Positions 61,000 through 64,000 of a stretch of DNA of 64,000 nucleotides are shown piece after piece. A model generated the notes under the pieces. The model searched no databases. It worked only from the letters and a program-made list of their open reading frames with translations, and was not told where the DNA came from. The stretch comes from an uncultured Gemmatimonadales bacterium (GTDB taxonomy: Bacteria; Gemmatimonadota; Gemmatimonadetes; Gemmatimonadales; Gemmatimonadaceae). The translations under genes and the position numbers were made by a program. Each line of letters begins with the position of its first letter. The first letter of the stretch is position 1. The DNA lies in contig CAWKMU010000003.1 of the NCBI GenBank assembly GCA_963850905.1, forward strand, positions 448,001 to 512,000, written 5' to 3'.

Positions 61000-61093
61000 T
61001 GGTTCTACTCTCACGGCCGCGGCTGCGGCCGTCCCCGCCCTATATATACCCCCAAACCACGTCGATCGTGCCCGTCAGTAGGACCGCGCCCGA

Positions 61094-63055
61094 CTACGCA
61101 TGTTTCTCCCCCTTCTCGCCCTCACCGCTCCCCTTCTTGGTACCGCTACCATTGCCCTTGCCGCCCTTCGATCCCTGCCCAGTGGTGCCGGCTTTCTTCG
61201 TGGCCACGGTACCTCCGGCCGGCGCGGTCCCGCCCGAGGCGTGCGTTGGCGCCGCGTTCACTGCAGCGCCCGTCGTCACGCGGTGAGGCGCCGCCGCGGT
61301 CGAGCTGGATGGCTGCGCAACCGACGGCGCGTGCGAGACCGCCATCGATTGCTCGCCAGTGGTTGTCGGCGGATGCGGCACCCGAGCCGCACCAACGGTC
61401 GTGTTTGGCCTGGCCACGAATCCTGATGTCCCGCCTGATGCCGGCGTCGCACTGGTGATACCGGCGCGCGCCGCGTGGAGTCCGCCACCTGCCGGCGCAA
61501 CCGTCGCCGGCCTCACCAACGCAGCGTTGGTCGCGAGGTGCGGCGAGCTGGCGCGGATCTGCGACTCTTGCGCCGGCGCGAGCGGAAGCCCGTGGTTCTC
61601 CTCGAGCGCCGCCTGCTTCGCCGCGAATGGGACCGGCGCGGGCGGCGGCGCGACCTTGGCCATCACCGGGCGATTCACGATCGACGCGGGTGGCGTCCTG
61701 ATTGACCCTCCCTCTCGGACCGGCGCCAAGCTTTCGCGCGTCGGCACAACCTGCGGCGCCGTACCCATCACCGGCGCGGTACGGATCTGGTCGGTCACCT
61801 GAATGGACGCCGACTGCACCGGACGCGCACTGGTGAACGCCGTGGTGGAAGTCGCCACCATGGCCCCTGGCACGTTCCGATTCACGTATCTCACGTTGGT
61901 CACGTTGGTCACATTCGTCACGTTGGTAATGTTTGTGACGTTGGTAACGCTCGTGACGTTAACCTGGCGCACGTAAGCCGGGCTCACAGCGTACGCTGGC
62001 CGATAGACTTCCTGCGGACCGAGCGCGAACCACGCGACCGCCGCCCCAGCGCCAAATGCAACCCCGACGCTCACGCCCGGGCGCGCCATCGGCGCCCCGA
62101 CAAAGGCGACAAGTGCGGGAGCGTACACGGGCCGCGCCACCATCTGGCCAGGCACCCACGCCCAGCCGCCGCCCACGTCGACCCAGCGACCGTAGTGGTA
62201 TGGCGCGTAGCCCCAGGGCGCGTCGTCGACCCACGTCCACCCCCACGGATCCACCCACACCCAGTGCCCCGTGTGGTACGGCGCCCACCCGGCCCCCATA
62301 CCGGCGGGAATCCAGACGTTGCCGTACTCCGGAACGACTTCCCAGCGGCCGTACGCGTCGAGGTCCTCGGAACCCGTCATCTCGGTCCCGACATAGCGCA
62401 CCGACTGCGAGTTGTCCTCGTGGTGATCGCGGTCCACGCACCACTCGTCCCACTGGTCATACGCCGGCGCGTCGACGAGATCGTACGTCGGCGCGTCCGT
62501 ACCACGGATCGAAGCCTGCTGATGTGCGTTGATGGCGAACGATGATCCCGCCGACGTCACTGCCGCACTGCCCGACCAGACATCAACGACCGACGTCGCC
62601 CCATCCGGCCCGACGTCGATCCGATACTCACCAGCACGACCGAGCGAGATCGCGCCGTTCGGCGTGTCGATCTCGTAGACCTGCCCATCGTCCAGATGGC
62701 GGACCCGAATCGTCACGGAACCCTGCGCCAGCCGCAGCTGCATCGTGTTGTCGTCGAGCGATGTGATGTCGAGCTCGGTCTGCGCGTTCACCCGGATCGC
62801 CGTCGACCCCGCGTGCAACTCGGCGCGCGAGTTCGTGTCGGCCCAGATCGCGTCGCCCGTCGTGAGCGGACGGTTCGGCACCGCCGCGCCCCACTGATCA
62901 CTGCCGGCCGGTCGAAGCGAAATCGCCCCGGTCAGATAGTTGAGCCGCGCCACGCGCGCCGGCGGATCTGCCAACACCCGATCGGGTGCGACGACAGACC
63001 ATGCGATGGCTGCGGTAAGCGTGATCAAGCAAGAGGTAACCCAGTTTCTCGTCAT
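61094..63055 (-). CDS. Secreted DUF6600-like protein (FecR-like N-domain, Trp-rich repeats)
   Basis: DPPARVARL, NRPLTTGD, DLDAYGRW and WAPYHTGHWVW..PWGWTWVDDAPWG.APYHYGRW; GGAGG RBS. Confidence 0.8.
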   Translation of the reverse strand: MTRNWVTSCLITLTAAIAWSVVAPDRVLADPPARVARLNYLTGAISLRPAGSDQWGAAVPNRPLTTGDAIWADTNSRAELHAGSTAIRVNAQTELDITSLDDNTMQLRLAQGSVTIRVRHLDDGQVYEIDTPNGAISLGRAGEYRIDVGPDGATSVVDVWSGSAAVTSAGSSFAINAHQQASIRGTDAPTYDLVDAPAYDQWDEWCVDRDHHEDNSQSVRYVGTEMTGSEDLDAYGRWEVVPEYGNVWIPAGMGAGWAPYHTGHWVWVDPWGWTWVDDAPWGYAPYHYGRWVDVGGGWAWVPGQMVARPVYAPALVAFVGAPMARPGVSVGVAFGAGAAVAWFALGPQEVYRPAYAVSPAYVRQVNVTSVTNVTNITNVTNVTNVTNVRYVNRNVPGAMVATSTTAFTSARPVQSASIQVTDQIRTAPVMGTAPQVVPTRESLAPVREGGSIRTPPASIVNRPVMAKVAPPPAPVPFAAKQAALEENHGLPLAPAQESQIRASSPHLATNAALVRPATVAPAGGGLHAARAGITSATPASGGTSGFVARPNTTVGAARVPHPPTTTGEQSMAVSHAPSVAQPSSSTAAAPHRVTTGAAVNAAPTHASGGTAPAGGTVATKKAGTTGQGSKGGKGNGSGTKKGSGEGEKGEKHA

Positions 63056-63295
63056 TGTTTTTTTCGCCTCCGGCTACGGGATGTCTAAGCAAGGCTCGGT
63101 CCGTCTCGGTGGATTCCCCATGCAGACGATCACGTTGCCGTGTAAGTCATTGTCGATTTTTCGGTTACAAACAAACATACGTGTACCGCACAGTTCGCTG
63201 AACCGTGCGAGTGGACCTCTCAATTGGACTTTGTTGACCTCTCGGGAGGACAGGGAAAGCTGCGGGCAAGAGCCGCGTGACCGGCAGCGGGCGCC

Positions 63296-63865
63296 TTAGC
63301 GCCCGTCCCCTATCGCCTCATCCACCATCCCGCACCACGCGTGCAAAATCATGAGGTGCACTTCCTGTATGTGCGCCGTAATGGCGCTTGGCACGCGGAC
63401 CAGGTGGTCGACCTCCGCGCCGACTAGTCCCGCCTGGCCGGTCAGGGCCACTGTCGTTGCACCACGCCGACGCGCTGCGACCAGTCCGCGGACGACGTTC
63501 TCGGACGTGCCGCTCGTGGTAAGCCCGACCACGAGATCGCCCGACCGCGCCAGCGCGTCCACCTGGCGCTCGAACACGGCCGCGTAGCCAAAGTCGTTGG
63601 CGATGCAGGTCACCGCGCCCGGGTCCGCGACGAGCGCGATGGCACGGAGCGGACGGCGCGTCCGCACATACCGGCCGATCAGCTCGCCCGCGAAGTGGCT
63701 CGCCTGGGTCGCGCTCCCGCCGTTGCCAAAGGCGAGCGCCGTCCCCCCACCCTCCAGCGCCCGCACGAGCACGTGACCCACCGCCTCGGCAATCGCCTCC
63801 ACCTCCGTTGCGCTCGCGCGCACCGCTTGCTGGTGCGCCGCAAAATGGTCAGCTACCCGTCCCAC
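63296..63865 (-). CDS. gmhA: SIS-domain phosphoheptose isomerase
   Basis: FGNGGSA, TCIANDFGY..VFERQV, TTSGTSENV and IQEVH motifs; start GTG 63865 or ATG 63940. Confidence 0.8.
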   Translation of the reverse strand: MGRVADHFAAHQQAVRASATEVEAIAEAVGHVLVRALEGGGTALAFGNGGSATQASHFAGELIGRYVRTRRPLRAIALVADPGAVTCIANDFGYAAVFERQVDALARSGDLVVGLTTSGTSENVVRGLVAARRRGATTVALTGQAGLVGAEVDHLVRVPSAITAHIQEVHLMILHAWCGMVDEAIGDGR

Positions 63866-64000
63866 GCATCGCCTCGCTGTCCCCCTGATGGAAATCCGAT
63901 CGCGGAATTTGTCGGGTCGCCGCCTGTTTGGCGAGCGCATGGTGGCACAGATTGTTCACAGAAACAGCGGGCCCGACCCCGATGCGCCGCAGCCTCCTTT

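Noticed and set aside
63944..63960. Sigma-54 promoter at TGGCACAGATTGTTC (also TGGCAC near 35932)
   Set aside because: Both lack the GC at the required GG-N10-GC spacing.

Overview
GC-rich bacterial chromosomal window. Gene content and style suggest a Gemmatimonadota-like organism (inference only). The left half is housekeeping and hypothetical genes: alpha/beta hydrolase, DUF2461, a divergent AdoMetDC-fold protein, M16/M28/M20 peptidases, a TPR protein, an Ig-repeat surface protein, a patatin-ferredoxin fusion, aconitase, a Ser/Thr kinase, glycerate kinase, aguB-aguA, a serine hydrolase, queC-queE-queD and NlpC/P60. From about 28.7 to 51.9 kb lies a large envelope-glycan locus: a Wzx/Wzy-type EPS/capsule operon plus three GT-C-like membrane proteins (one fused to an alginate-lyase-like domain), an LpxR-like barrel and CapA. 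The right end holds an ECF sigma/FecR/TonB-dependent receptor cassette, a 5'-deleted second copy of that receptor with different loops, DUF4384 and DUF6600 secreted proteins, and gmhA. The most striking non-gene feature is a dispersed composite repeat: a GTAG-headed REP hairpin plus a (GACCCC[A/T])n heptamer tail. It forms MITE-like units between genes, is translated in frame inside several envelope genes, and supplies a stop codon. Several single-base frameshifts (acnA, queD, GT39, GMC) look like sequencing errors. No rRNA, tRNA, CRISPR array, transposase, integrase or reverse transcriptase was recognised. All calls were made by eye, without database searches.
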